64,000 bases of DNA. It comes from Centroscyllium fabricii. Lineage: Eukaryota. This document shows positions 35,081-46,900 of this stretch, piece after piece. The notes under the pieces are model-generated. The model was not told the DNA's origin, did no database searches, and saw only the letters and a list, made by a program, of their open reading frames with translations. The stretch's first letter is position 1. Every line of letters begins with the position of its first letter. The stretch spans positions 30,628,001 to 30,692,000 of the forward strand of contig JBNRSN020000015.1 of the NCBI GenBank assembly GCA_051313645.2, in the 5' to 3' direction. The position numbers and the translations under genes are program-made.

Positions 35081-35892
35081 CAGGGGTCCCCAACCTTTTT
35101 GGCTCCGCGGCCCATTTTGAGGTTCGCAATTTTTTCGCGGGGGGGGGGGGGTGTGCTGGCGGGGGTGGGGGGGGGAGGAGTCAAGTTCAAGCAATCAAGC
35201 AGCATAACAAAACGCAATACTGTTCCAGCTCCAGCCTACTGAAATACAATCTCTTCACTCTCATTGAAGAGGTTCGGGTTCCAATAAGCAGCATGACCCT
35301 TCTCTCAAAATGCTTTTTACCAGTATTTGGCACAAAGGAAACACTAAAGTTTAGTGTTTCCTTTGTGCCAAATGCTGGCAAAAAGCATTTTGAGAGAAGG
35401 GTCATGCCGCCCACCGGAACCCGAACCTCCCCAATGAGAGCGAAGAGACTGCACCCCAGCAGGCTGGAGCTGGAACAGCACCGCGCCCCGTCATGCCGCC
35501 TGACCGCCCGAACCCGACACCCCCGCCCTGCCGCCAGCCCCCCCGCCCCGCCGCCAGCCCCCCACCCCCCCCGGCAGCACCCCGCCCCCCCCCCCGCCAG
35601 CCAGCAACACACACACTTCGTAAGGCCTACGTCTGTGCCTCGAACGCCCCCCTCCTCACCGCTTACGTCGTGACGTAAGGTCGTAAGCGGTGAAAAAAAA
35701 GGCGTTCGAGGCACAGACGCAAGCCCTACGTCTGTGCCTTGTTAAACGGCTTCCGTCTGTGCATCGTTAAATGAGGCACAGACGGAAACAAGCGGTCCAG
35801 GTCCAAAAAAAAGCGTTATTTTAAAGGAGGAAGCGCAAATCGTTCCGCGGCCCGGTAAAATTGTCCCGCGGACCGGCGGTTGGGGACCACTG
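35081..35892. mobile_element. hAT (Charlie-type) MITE
   Basis: TIRs CAGGGGTCCCCAACC / GGTTGGGGACCACTG; exact 8-bp TSD ATTTAGAG. Confidence 0.95.
35180..35518. repeat. Palindrome with 169-bp arms around a single base (35349)
   Basis: Gap-free arm alignment with 32 substitutions, all transitions. Confidence 0.92.
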
Positions 35893-36505
35893 ATTTAGAG
35901 CGCAAAACACTTCTGATTTAAAATGTCACCTATGTTGGTGGCATTTTCGAATTAGTCTGAATAGTAAATCTTCACGTGTTTGCAGTTGGTCTCATATTTT
36001 CTGATCATAAATCTCACATCCAGCATTTCCCCACTTTCGATAGCACTGCTTACACCATTGGTTGAAGGTTTTTATGATTTACAGTGTTTCATATGATGGG
36101 GGTCTGTTTTACATGAGGCAGTACTGGGTCCCACTCCCAATACTGTTTCAAGTAGGATACAAAATGTCCTGACTTTTTTTCTTCTAGCTCCTTTTCCTGC
36201 TGTCACCTTCCTCCTGCCCTTCCCCCCACAACATGTGGGGCGATTCCCACTGGAGGCGGGTTCAGTTTGGGTGGTTTTGAAACCCGCCTCTACTGATAAT
36301 TTTCAAAAAATTGCAATTTTCTCTAATTTGGCCACTTGATTTCAGAGGGGTGGGATGTCTTTGGTCAATTAGTGTTTAGGGACTGAAACTCGCCTCTGCA
36401 GACATCACCTTTCCAGCCTGATTTTATGGCTTCTTGCTGCCTTGGATCATTCCACAGGATTTCTGCCTATGCTGCACCACCTACAACATATTCTGAGAAA
36501 CCACT

Positions 36506-36690
36506 ATGTCCAATTCCAAGGAAAGGGCCTCCCCGATGCTCTCGGATGAAGTGCTGCAAATGTTGTTGGAGGGGGTGATAACTAGCAGGGAGTTGCTCTT
36601 CCACTTATCTGGGAGGAAGAAGCCTCCCAAAGAAACCAAGGCTGTACAGCTGACAAGAGATATAACCTCCAGATCTGTGTGCCGATTGGG
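36506..36690 (+). pseudogene. Harbinger Myb/SANT-like DNA-binding protein N-terminus
   Basis: KERASPMLSDEVLQMLLEGV..SRELLF..GRKKP resembles the NAIF1-like MSANT domain. Confidence 0.6.
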
Positions 36691-36929
36691 TGAATGTTTC
36701 TGTGTATTGATGAAATGCCATCCCTGTTGGAAAGTATTAAAATTATTTGATGCCAAAATGTTGGCGTTATGGCATCTGTTCTTTCGCCTTAGGCAGCTCC
36801 ACAGTGCGGGCTCCGCCACACTTGCGATGTCAGGTTGGTGGCCTGAGTGAAAGGAGGCCAGACAGTCATGTCCATTGTCAATGATCTCTTAGGATGGAGC
36901 CAAGGACATGTACCAACTTGGGCAACCTA

Positions 36930-38140
36930 TATGCAAATCTGGCCAGGATCAGTTTATCCCTTGCATCCCGGGCAGCCATGTGCTTGCGTGCTGCTGCTGC
37001 TACTGGTCGATTCAGTGGCGCTCTGACATCCTGCTCCTCCTCCTCCAGACTCTACTTCTCCCCCTCCTCCTCATCTGAGGAGGGCTGGAACTGAGCCACT
37101 TGCTCATCAGGAAGCTATAAGCCATGACGCTGTGCGATGTTGTGCAGTGCACAGCAAACCACGACCATTCTGGAGACCCTGTATGGTGTGTACAGCAGGG
37201 CTCCACCTGATCGGTCAAGGCAACGGAAGCGCATCTTCAACAACCCAATGGTTTGCTTGATGATGGACCTGGTCAAAGTGTGGCTGGCATTGTAGCACTC
37301 TTCAGCCTCATTAGCTAGCCTCCTGATTGGAGTCATTAGTCACTTCTTCAGGGAGTAGCCTTTGTCACCGTTACCATCCGTTAAGTTGGTTTGGCGGATT
37401 GAAGAGCGGAGGAACACAACAGTTCCACAGGATGAAAGAGTCATGGCAACTACCACAGAACTTGGCACAAACATGCAAAAACTCCCTGTGGTTACACACC
37501 AGCTGTACGTTGAGGGAGTGGAAGCCCTTTTGGTTGACAAAGATAGTTGGGTTGTGATGGGGTGCCCTAAGGGCCACATGTGTGCAGTCTATGACGCCCT
37601 GTACCAATGGCATGCCTGCCATATTTGCAAAGCCAACCGAACGGGCGGTTATACTTGCTTGATCCCTTGAGAACTGGATGTATTTGTGGGCCTTGGCAAA
37701 AAGGGCATCGGTAACCTGCGTGATTCAACTGTGGGCTGCCGACTGGAAGATGCCACTGATGTCTTCTGATGATCCCTGGAAGGAGCCTGAGGCAAAGAAG
37801 TTGAGTGCGGTGGTGACTTGACAGCCACTGGGAAGGGGTGTCCACCCGTTCCTCTGGGCACCAGGTCTTGCAGCAGTCCGCAGATCTCTCGGCCAACCTC
37901 TTGCGAAAGTCTCTGCCTCCTTTGGCACTGCTGCTCACTCATGTTGCGGTAGCTCATCCTCTGTCTGTAAACCCGAGTCGGGGTATCTCCTGCGGCGAGG
38001 TGCTGCTATCCGCTGGTGCCTTCTGCCCTGTGCAGCATCTTGCAGCTAAGCAGGAGGTTGCAGTTCCTGCTGATGTTGCTCCTGAGCTGCCTGGTTCTGC
38101 TGCTGCCGTGGATGCTCCTCATCCAAATCTGAGGTCCATG
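36930..38140 (-). pseudogene. Harbinger (HARBI1-family) DDE transposase, frameshifted
   Basis: [73 protein letters not shown]. Confidence 0.92.
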
Positions 38141-39046
38141 GTGAAAGAAAATGAATGGTTTCCATGCTGCTTGCAGATGCCTCCATTGGGGAAGTGCTCA
38201 TTGCAAGCGAGGAGAGGGTCTTCCAAGGAGGTCCCACAGTTGATAGATTCAAGCTGCAGCACCTCCATCTTTGGAAGGCCTGCTAAAAGTGCTCAAAGAC
38301 CTTTTAAAGCAAAGATCTGCCACCTCCAACCAATCCCGATGAAATAAATGATGTCTTGTTGGACCTGTAGCTGTGAGGAGACCACCCACGAGTCAACTCG
38401 CCAAGTTTAGCTGGCGTGGTTTAGGAGGGTCATGGAACACGCCGAAATGGTCAAAAAATCATCAGGGCCTCTCAAAATAGGCTTAGAGGGCCCTTAACGG
38501 CATTTAAGCCTCTTAACAAGCTCTCTAGCCAGCTGGAGGCAGGACCTTTCCTGCCTTTCCCGCCTCCAAACCCGCCTCCTCGGACGTCAGAAAACCGCTC
38601 CCATATAGTGTAAAGTCTGCTCCCCTTAATTTAAAGTCTCAATTCAAATTATTTAATAATTCAATTTCTTTACCACTAACTTGCTTAATTCAAATGATTG
38701 AATAATTCATTTTTTTACTGCAAAAAAACCCAACTTGAAATGATCAGAAGTAGACAGTGCGGTGGTAAGACTTAGACTGCGCACCTCAGCTATTCCAGTC
38801 CCAGCTCAAGACAAGGTGCCGGCTCTTGTACAAGGGGCTCAAACTGCTTCTGTTCTGCTAACTCCCTCAGCTTATTATTCCAGTTTAGAGAGCAGCACAT
38901 TGCCCAGCCTAACATGTAGCCACTCTATCCCCCCTCACTCTGCACAGAATGAAACTACTTTTATAGCACGAGGAAGCCGAGCACTCAATGAAATGCCCAG
39001 ATTTACAAGCAGGACCTGAGGGGAGAAGACTGCAATCTCTTCTCAA

Positions 39047-39230
39047 ATGAATCCTTGCAAACCGCATGCTTGTCTCCTGGAAGCACACTTCTATTGGTTT
39101 TCTTTGATGCTAATGGAGGTTTTCCTGTTGCTTCTGCAATGCTGGGTTTTAAGCCGTAGAGCAGCACTAAGGATGTTATTGAGCGTTACTATTGCTTTTT
39201 TGTTTTGCCAGAGCTTTTGTGGCCATCGAG
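39047..39230 (+). CDS. Candidate host first coding exon encoding a signal-peptide-like N-terminus
   Basis: Non-repeat DNA; in-frame ATGs at 39047, 39113 and 39173; hydrophobic MLLSVTIAFLFCQSFCGHR; GAG|GTGAGG donor in phase 1. Confidence 0.35.
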
Positions 39231-40175
39231 GTGAGGGATGTCAGTGCTGCGGAATGTCAAACAGTCGCAATTTTTCTAAGGCAGTTTCTGTATTGCACAG
39301 GGTTGGTTTTGCAAAAGTGGAATATCTTGTGGTTCTAAGACTTGATCCGTCGGATTGCACGCTAGGGAGCGTGTCACAATGCGCTAATACAGCTATAAAC
39401 TTTGAAGAAGTCATAAGAAAATAACAAAGAAAAATTTGCATTTAGATAGCGCCTTTCAGGCTGTCCCAAAGCGCTTTACGGCCAATTAAGTCCTTTTTTG
39501 AAGTGTTGTCACCAGTTTCAAAGTGTTTGATAAATGTCATCTTAACCTTGAGATGTGCCATTGCCTTGAATTACAGCCCTATTTTATTTTTGTTATGATG
39601 AATCGAAATGCTTTCTAGGAAAATAAATTTGGAAGGTTGGGAGATACCTGAGCTAGTAAACTTTGCATCGGATTGAAATTAGTTGAGGCTTTATTTCACT
39701 GTCAGAATCTGGAAAATATCTAACTATTTGTGTTGTAATTAGATGAATATCTTTGCAGATCAGACAGAGAAATCTGAGAATTATAGGAGACCAGTAGGAT
39801 ATGGAATTAAATTATAGCAGCTATTAATAAGGTCAAGGAGACTGCATACGAACAAGCAATGTCCTGTGCTGTAACTTGAGGTGCCAGTGTTATAAATGAT
39901 GTGGTTGTGTATTCCACATAGTTATACTGTAGGTTTGCTTTGGTTAATAGCAGAGATCAGAGTAAGAATTGAATATGATTAATGAAGCTAGAATCCTGAA
40001 CTGTCTGCTTCTGCTGAAGTGTTTTACACTCAATCTATCCACCCATCATCCCTCCCTCCCTCCTTCCAGTAAGCATCCACCATATTTCTAGTCTCCTTTA
40101 ATTCTCAGAGATGCAACACCTGCCCTTTTACCTCTTCCTTTTACCACTGTCCAGGGCCCCAAACACTCTTTCCAG

Positions 40176-40505
40176 GTGAAACAGCGATTTACTTGTACTT
40201 CTTGTAATTTGGTATACTATATTCGCTGCTCACGATGCGATCTCCTGTACAATGGGGAGACCAAACACAGATTGGGTGACTGCTTTGCGGAACACCTCCG
40301 TTCAGTCTGTAAGGGTGACCCCGAGCTTCCGGTTGCCTGTCACTTTAATTCTCCACTCCACTCCCACTCTGACCTCTCCGTCCTCAGTCTCTTACACTGT
40401 TCCAACAAAGCTCAACGTAAGCTCAAAGAATTGCACCTCATCTTTCAATTGGACACTTTACAGCCTTCTGGACTTAGCATCGAGTTCAACAATTTCAGAC
40501 CATAA
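40176..40505 (+). pseudogene. Penelope GIY-YIG endonuclease domain
   Basis: FTCTS.NLVYYIRCSRC.LLY.GET..RL..FAEH...PVACHFN...E..LIF.L.TL.P.GL. Confidence 0.88.
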
Positions 40506-40751
40506 CCTCTGCCCCTATTTTTTTTATATGGCAGCTGCTGATGATTCTGCCATTCCCATTTACACCTCTTCTAGACTCATCTTTTGTTTCTTTACTTGTC
40601 CCATTATATCTCCTTTTGCCTTGCACCATCATCCCTTTTGTCTTTTAATCTCTCCTGCCTTCCATCCTATCACAGACCTTCCCTTTTGTTCTTTCCTCCC
40701 CTCCCCCCTTTCCCTGCCTCTGTACTTGCTTAAAATCTGTTACATCTCTAA

Positions 40752-43195
40752 CGGTGGCATAGTGGTTAGCACTGTTGCCTCACAGCACCAGGGGCTCGGG
40801 TTCAAATCCAGCCTCAGCTGACTATCTGTGTGGAGTTTGCACATTCTCCCCATGTCTGCGTGGGTTTCCTCCGGGTGCTCCGGTTTCCTCCCACAGTCCA
40901 AAAATGTGCAGATTAGGTTGATTGGCCATGATAAATTGACCCTTAGTGTTAGGGGGATTAAATATGTGGGGGTTGCGGGGATAAGAGGAAGATCTGCATC
41001 AGAGCAGTGGGAGGCCTTCAGAGGGAAGGTCGGGAAGATACAGGAGGAACATGTTCCTGCAAAAATCAAGGGCGGGGGAGGTAAACAAAGGGAACCTTGG
41101 ATGTCTAGGGATATATGTAAATTAATGAAGAAAAAAAGGGGGGCCTTCAATGAATATAAACGGCTAAAAACTGAGGAGGCGCTAGGGGAGTATAAGAAGT
41201 ATAGGGGGGAATTAAAGAAGGAGATAAGAAAAGCCAAGAGGGGTCATGAGATTGCAATGGCCGGCAAAATCAAGGATAACCCTAAGGCATTTTACAGTTA
41301 TATAAAAAACAAAAAGATCACGAGGGAAAGAGTGGGGCCCATTAAGGACGATAGCGGAAAGTTGTGCGTCGAGCCCGAGGCGGTGGGGGAGGTACTAAAC
41401 GAATTTTTCTCTTCAGTATTCACAAGAGAGAGGGATGGAACCGACATCGTAATCGGACAGAGTGTAGGGGGGGTAATTGAGGATATTACCATTACAAGGG
41501 AAGAAGTACTAGAAATCTTGGGAAGCTTAAAGGTAGACAAATCACCAGGGCCGGACGCGATGTTCCCCAGGCTGCTGTTCGAGGCCAGGGAAGAGCTTGC
41601 GGGCCCCCTGTCTCAAATTTTCAGGTCCTCTCTCGCGTCAGGGGATGTACCCGAGGACTGGAGAACGGCTAATGTAGTACCCCTGTTTAAAAAGGGTAGT
41701 AGGGACAAACCGGGTAACTATAGGCCAATCAGTCTTACATCTGTAGTGGGGAAAGTAATGGAAAAAATTCTGAGGGACAAAATCAGTCTGCAATTGGAAA
41801 AGCAGGGTCTGATAAGGGATAGTCAACATGGCTTCGTCAAAGGTAAGTCGTGCCTAACTAATCTGTTGGAATTCTTTGAAGAGGTAACAAAGAGGGTGGA
41901 TGAAGGGAGTACTGTTGACGTGGTGTATATGGACTTCAGCAAGGCTTTTGATAAAGTCCCACATAGGAGACTAATAACAAAGGTTAAAGCACATGGGATA
42001 CAGGGCAACTTGGCACAGTGGATTCAAAATTGGCTGGGGGATAGGAGACAAAGGGTAATGGTAGAGGGCTGCTTCTGTGACTGGAAACCAGTAACCAGCG
42101 GTGTCCCCCAAGGATCGGTTTTGGGACCCTTACTGTTTCTAGTATACATCAATGATTTGGACATGGGAGTAGGGGGTACGATCAGCAAATTTGCTGATGA
42201 TACGAAAATTGGAAGGGTGGTAAATAACGATGAAGATAGTAAAAGGCTCCAGGAAGATATAAATGTAATGGTTAGTTGGGCAGAAAAATGGCAAATGGAG
42301 TTCAACCCAGAGAAATGCGAGGTCATACAATTCGCCAGACCAAATGGGGTAAGGGAATATACCATGAACAAAAAAACGTTAGGTAGGACCGAGGAACAGA
42401 GGGACCTTGGGGTACAGGTGCACAGCTCCCTGAAGGTTGCTGGACACGTAAACAAGGTGGTTAAAAAGGCATACGGAATTCTGGCCTTTATTAACCAGGG
42501 CATAGTATACAAAAGTAGGGAGGTAATGTTAAACTTGTATAACACGCTGGTGAGACCTCAGCTGGAGTACTGTGTGCAGTTCTGGTCACCGCACTTCAGG
42601 AAGGATGTGGTTGCCCTGGAGAGGGTGCAGAGAAGGTTTACCAGGATGATACCTGGTCTGGGGGACCTATGCTACGAGGAAAGGCTGGACAGGCTGGGGT
42701 TGTTTGCCTTGGAGAAGAGAAGATTGAGGGGTGACATGATTGAGGTGTACAGGATCATGAGAGGACACGATAGGGTGGATAAAGGGGCATTGTTTCCCTT
42801 GGTGGGAGAGTCAAGTACTAGGGGACATAGATTCAAGATTAGGGGGGGGAGGTTTAGAGGGGAGGTAAGGAGAAATTTCTTTACTCAGAGGGTGGTGGAA
42901 GTGTGGAACTCCCTGCCTGTAAGGGTGGTGGAGGCAGAAACCATCGCAACATTTAAAAAATATTTGGACCAGCACATGAAGGACCGTAACATACAGGGTT
43001 ATGGGCCAGGTGCGGGCAAATGGGGTTAGTATAGTGAGGAGTTTCCTGGGCCGGTGCGGACTGGATGGGCCGAATGGCCTTTATCCGCACTGTAAAGTTT
43101 CTATGATTCTATGATTCTATGATGTGTCGGTGCAGGCTCGATGGGCCGAAATGGCCTCTATCTGCACTGTAGAGATTCTATTATTCTATGATTCT
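40752..43195 (+). mobile_element. V-SINE (HE1-like) split by CR1 (parts 40752-40985 and 43122-43195)
   Basis: Collinear with the intact copy at 49147-49462. Confidence 0.9.
40986..43121 (+). mobile_element. Young 5'-truncated CR1 with an uninterrupted ORF2 frame (~680 aa, stop at 43029)
   Basis: KSPGPD, YRPISLTS, YMDFSKAFDKV, KFADDTK, WNSLP; (TTCTATGA)n tail. Confidence 0.95.
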
Positions 43196-43959
43196 TTCCA
43201 GTTCTGACGAAAGGTCATTGACCCAAAACGTTAACTCTGTTTCTCTCTCCACAGATGCTGCTTGACCTGCTGAGTATTTCCAGCATTTTCTGCTTTTATT
43301 GCACCATATTTCAAAGTGTCCAAATTATGTTTTTTACATATGATGCTGGTTTCTTCTAACCTGGAGCTGGAAATTGACAATAACCTGGCATATTTTTGAT
43401 CCCTCCCCTTCTTTACCTCTTTTCTGTCACCTCATTTTGCTTTTCTTTTAAATTTTTCTGAGTCACTTTAATGATACTGTATTTAAACTGAAGCTCTCAG
43501 TGTTCGATGTCTTGTTTTGCACACTTTGTACAAAAATAATAAACTGCAGGACAACAGAGTATTAAAGTTTAACTCATTTATTTAGTAATAGGTCTGATGA
43601 TCTTACTCAGCCAGCACCACTGGGGAAGTGTAGATTTAGGACCCCTGTTCCGGATCTTTCCAAACAGTAGCTATCCTTGCAGATGCCTGCAGGCTAATGA
43701 CAATTCAGCATGTGATCACATGTGAATATAATAGGTATTCCTTACAGATGCTGGTGGGCCAATGATAAATCAATATGCAAATATTACATCCCCTTTCTTT
43801 TAAAGGAAAATGTTATGTATTACTTTTAAACCTTTCTTCCACATAATGTTCTCAGTAGCATAAACATATAAGTAAACTCAGTATTTAACTAATACTGAAA
43901 ACAGTTCAACATTTCTATGTACAGTTTTAGGGCAGCGATTCGCCTACACCCTTTGGCAG

Positions 43960-46900
43960 TTCACAAGTCAAGGATAACTCTGGGCTTGACCTCTCATCCC
44001 GACCTTGTGTGATATGCTCCTGAATCAGTCAACAGTTCAGGTTCAGGTTTAGGTTCAGGTATGTATGATGTGTTTTGTGTATTGCTCTGTTCATCACACT
44101 CTGTTGAGCTGATCCCCTCATCAGAATGACGGTGTTGTTCCTTGGTGTTTAGGAGGTGCCTGCGATTGCGGCGATACACCTGTCCTTCTGGGGTGCGGAC
44201 ATGATACGATCGCTCAATGTCAGCTGGCTGGATGACGACTGCTGGCTTCCAGTAGTCATGCTCCTGGATTCTGATGGATTCTCCATTGTGCAGCGGTGAC
44301 AGTAGTCCAGCTGACCTGTCATAGTATCTCTTTTGGTGTTGCTGTCGATGTACATGTTTTACATGCACTTGCTTGCAGCTGACAACCTCTGGCTGTAGCT
44401 GCTGGTTGGTGCTTGGAAGGATTGAGCGAAGTCTGCAGCTCATCAACAGCTGTGCTTGCAACTTGAAATTGTCAACCGGCGTGTTGCGGTACTCACGGAG
44501 ACTGATGTATGGGTCCCTTTTGTCCACTTTGGCTTTGTCCATGAGAGTTTTTGCAATCTGGACAGCTTTTTCAGCAAGGCCATTACTTTGAGGGTAATGG
44601 GGGCTTGATGTGACATGTGTGAAATCCCATGCCTTGGCAAATGACTCGAACTCTTTTGACTTGTATTGGGGGCCATTGTCTGAGATTAAAGTCTCTACTA
44701 TGCCATGCCTGGCAAAGGCTGCCTTTAGCTTGTGGATCACAGTTGCAGATGTGGTGCTGTGAAGCTTGTCCAGTTTGAAAAATCTACTGTAGTAATCAAC
44801 AGTCACTATGTAGTCCTCGTTGTTCCATGTGAACAGATCCGTTGCCGTGACCTGCCAGGGCTGTCTGGGATACGGTGAGGTATCATGGGCTCTTTGACAT
44901 TTGATGGGCGGCGTTCATGACAAATGGAACATTTTCCGACAATGTCCTCAATGTGTTTGCACATTCCGGGCCAAAACATAATGTCACGTGCTCTTTGTTT
45001 GCATTTTTCCATGCCCATATGTCCAGCATGAATTTTTGTCAACATCTCTTCACTGCGACTGGTAGGGATGATGATTTTCTCCCCTTTGAAGACGATTCCG
45101 TTGATTTGTGACAGTTCGTCTCTGTGGTTCCAGAATTCAGATATGTTTTGAGGGCATTTCCTCCTTTCCTCAGGCCATCCTTTTTGTATGACTTTGCTCA
45201 ACAGTGTGAGTTGTGCATCTTTCTCTGTTTCTGCTCGGATCTCCTTCAGTTTTGAGTCACTCACAGGTAAGCTGTTGTACACCTTGTGCACCTGCACATC
45301 CATGCCTTCACTGAGGCTGCTGTCCTGGTAGCTAAGAGATTTTCTGGAAAGTGTGGCTGCGACAGAAATGTCTTTGCCTGGACGGTGGAAGATTGTGAAG
45401 TCGTACTTCTGTAGCTGAAGGATCATGCTCTGTAGCCTTGGTAGGGCTACAGCTAGTGGTTTCCTCATAATTGACTCGAGGATCTTGTGGTCGGATTCCA
45501 CAATGACTTGTCGGCCATAGACGTACTGGTGGAAACGCTTACATCCAAACAGAATTGCATTTAGCTCTTTTTCGATTTGAGCATAGTTGATTTCACTGTC
45601 TGAGAGAGATCTGGAAACGTAGCTGATAGGCTTTCCTTCTTGCAGTAATACTGTGCCTAGTCCATACTTTGATGCGTCCACTTGTAGTCTGAGCTCTTTG
45701 TTGGGGTCAAAGCAGGCAAGAACTGGCCCTGGTTCTCTGGTGACTAGGTCTTTCATTTTCTGAAATGCTGTGTCATGTTGTTTGTCCCACAGGAACTCAT
45801 TGGATTGTTTGAGCAACTGACGCATGGGTGCGTTGATTTCAGAGAGGCTCGGGGCAAACTTGGCTAAGTGGTTAACCATGCCTCATACTGTCTCTAGCTC
45901 TGCACGGTTCTTCGGTGGCTCCATCTTTTTGATGGCGGAGATTTCTCTGGATCCGGCTTAATGCCATCAGTTGAGAGGCGATGCCTGAAATAACTGATCT
46001 CGGTGCCTCCGATTATGCTTTTCTTGGGGTTGAGCCAGATACCTTTCGCTGGTGATCTTTGTAGCATCGCACGAAGGTTCCTGTCATGTTCCTCTCTGTT
46101 CCTGCCATAAATGAGGATGTCCTCTATGATTGCGACTACTCCATCAAGGCCTTCATAGGTTTCGTCGATCTTCCGCTGGAATTCATCCTGAGCTGAGATA
46201 AGACCAAAATGGTAAACGCAGAAATCGGTAGCGTCCAAATGGTATGTTTAACGTTGTTAGTTTAGATGACTCTTCCATAAGCTTGATAGTCCAGTATCCT
46301 GATCGTGCATCCATTACACTGAAGTAACGTGCTCCCACTAGCTTGGGTGTGATGTCATCTACCGTTGGTAGAGGGTAGTGAGGACGTTTGATAGCCTTCT
46401 TCAAATCTCTGGGGTCGAGACAGACTCTGAGCTTGCCTGTACATGGTTTCTCGACCACTACTAATGTGTTGACCCACTCTGTCGGTTCTGTTTTCCGGAC
46501 GATGATTTCTGTATTCTCCATGCTCTGCAGCTCCTCCTTCAGGTGGCTGTGTAGAGCAAGGGGTATCCTTCTCGGTGGGCAAACCACAGGGGTTGCTGCT
46601 GGGTCAAGGTGAATAGTGCATTCACCTGGGAATAGTCTGATTCCCTTGAAAACGTCAGTAAACTCCTCCATGACTGTCTGCTTCTCAACTGGTGCTGTCA
46701 ATAATAGCACTAGCTTGACGAGGTCCATGTCTAAACATACATTTAGACCTAGCACTGGAGGTGCTCGAGTGTCAACAATGTAAAAGTCCAACATCATGTT
46801 GCTTTCGTTGTACTTGCATTTCATCGCACATGTGCCTTTTACAATGAGCTGTTCGCCCCCATAGCTGGTCAGTCTGCGTGAGGTGGGCTGTAGCTCACAT

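Larger units (their letters stand above)
36237..38625. mobile_element. Decayed, formerly autonomous PIF/Harbinger transposon
   Basis: Myb/SANT-like remnant (+) convergent with a DDE transposase (-); degenerate GGGG...CCCC termini; ends approximate. Confidence 0.7.
40105..43282 (+). mobile_element. Penelope-like element 3' part (GIY-YIG plus terminal repeat), split by SINE/CR1 (parts 40105-40752 and 43196-43282)
   Basis: GIY-YIG ORF followed by a pyrimidine-rich repeat ending in a hammerhead-like motif. Confidence 0.85.

Noticed and set aside
35187-35714. Overlapping 126-175 aa ORFs on both strands
   Set aside because: By-product of the palindrome and G/C-rich low complexity inside a hAT MITE.
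36930-38140. Domesticated HARBI1 gene
   Set aside because: Multiple frameshifts and stops, and it lies beside a Myb-like remnant in transposon configuration.
40828-43029. 733-aa ORF as a novel protein
   Set aside because: Chance in-frame fusion of V-SINE sequence to a truncated CR1 ORF2; no endonuclease domain.
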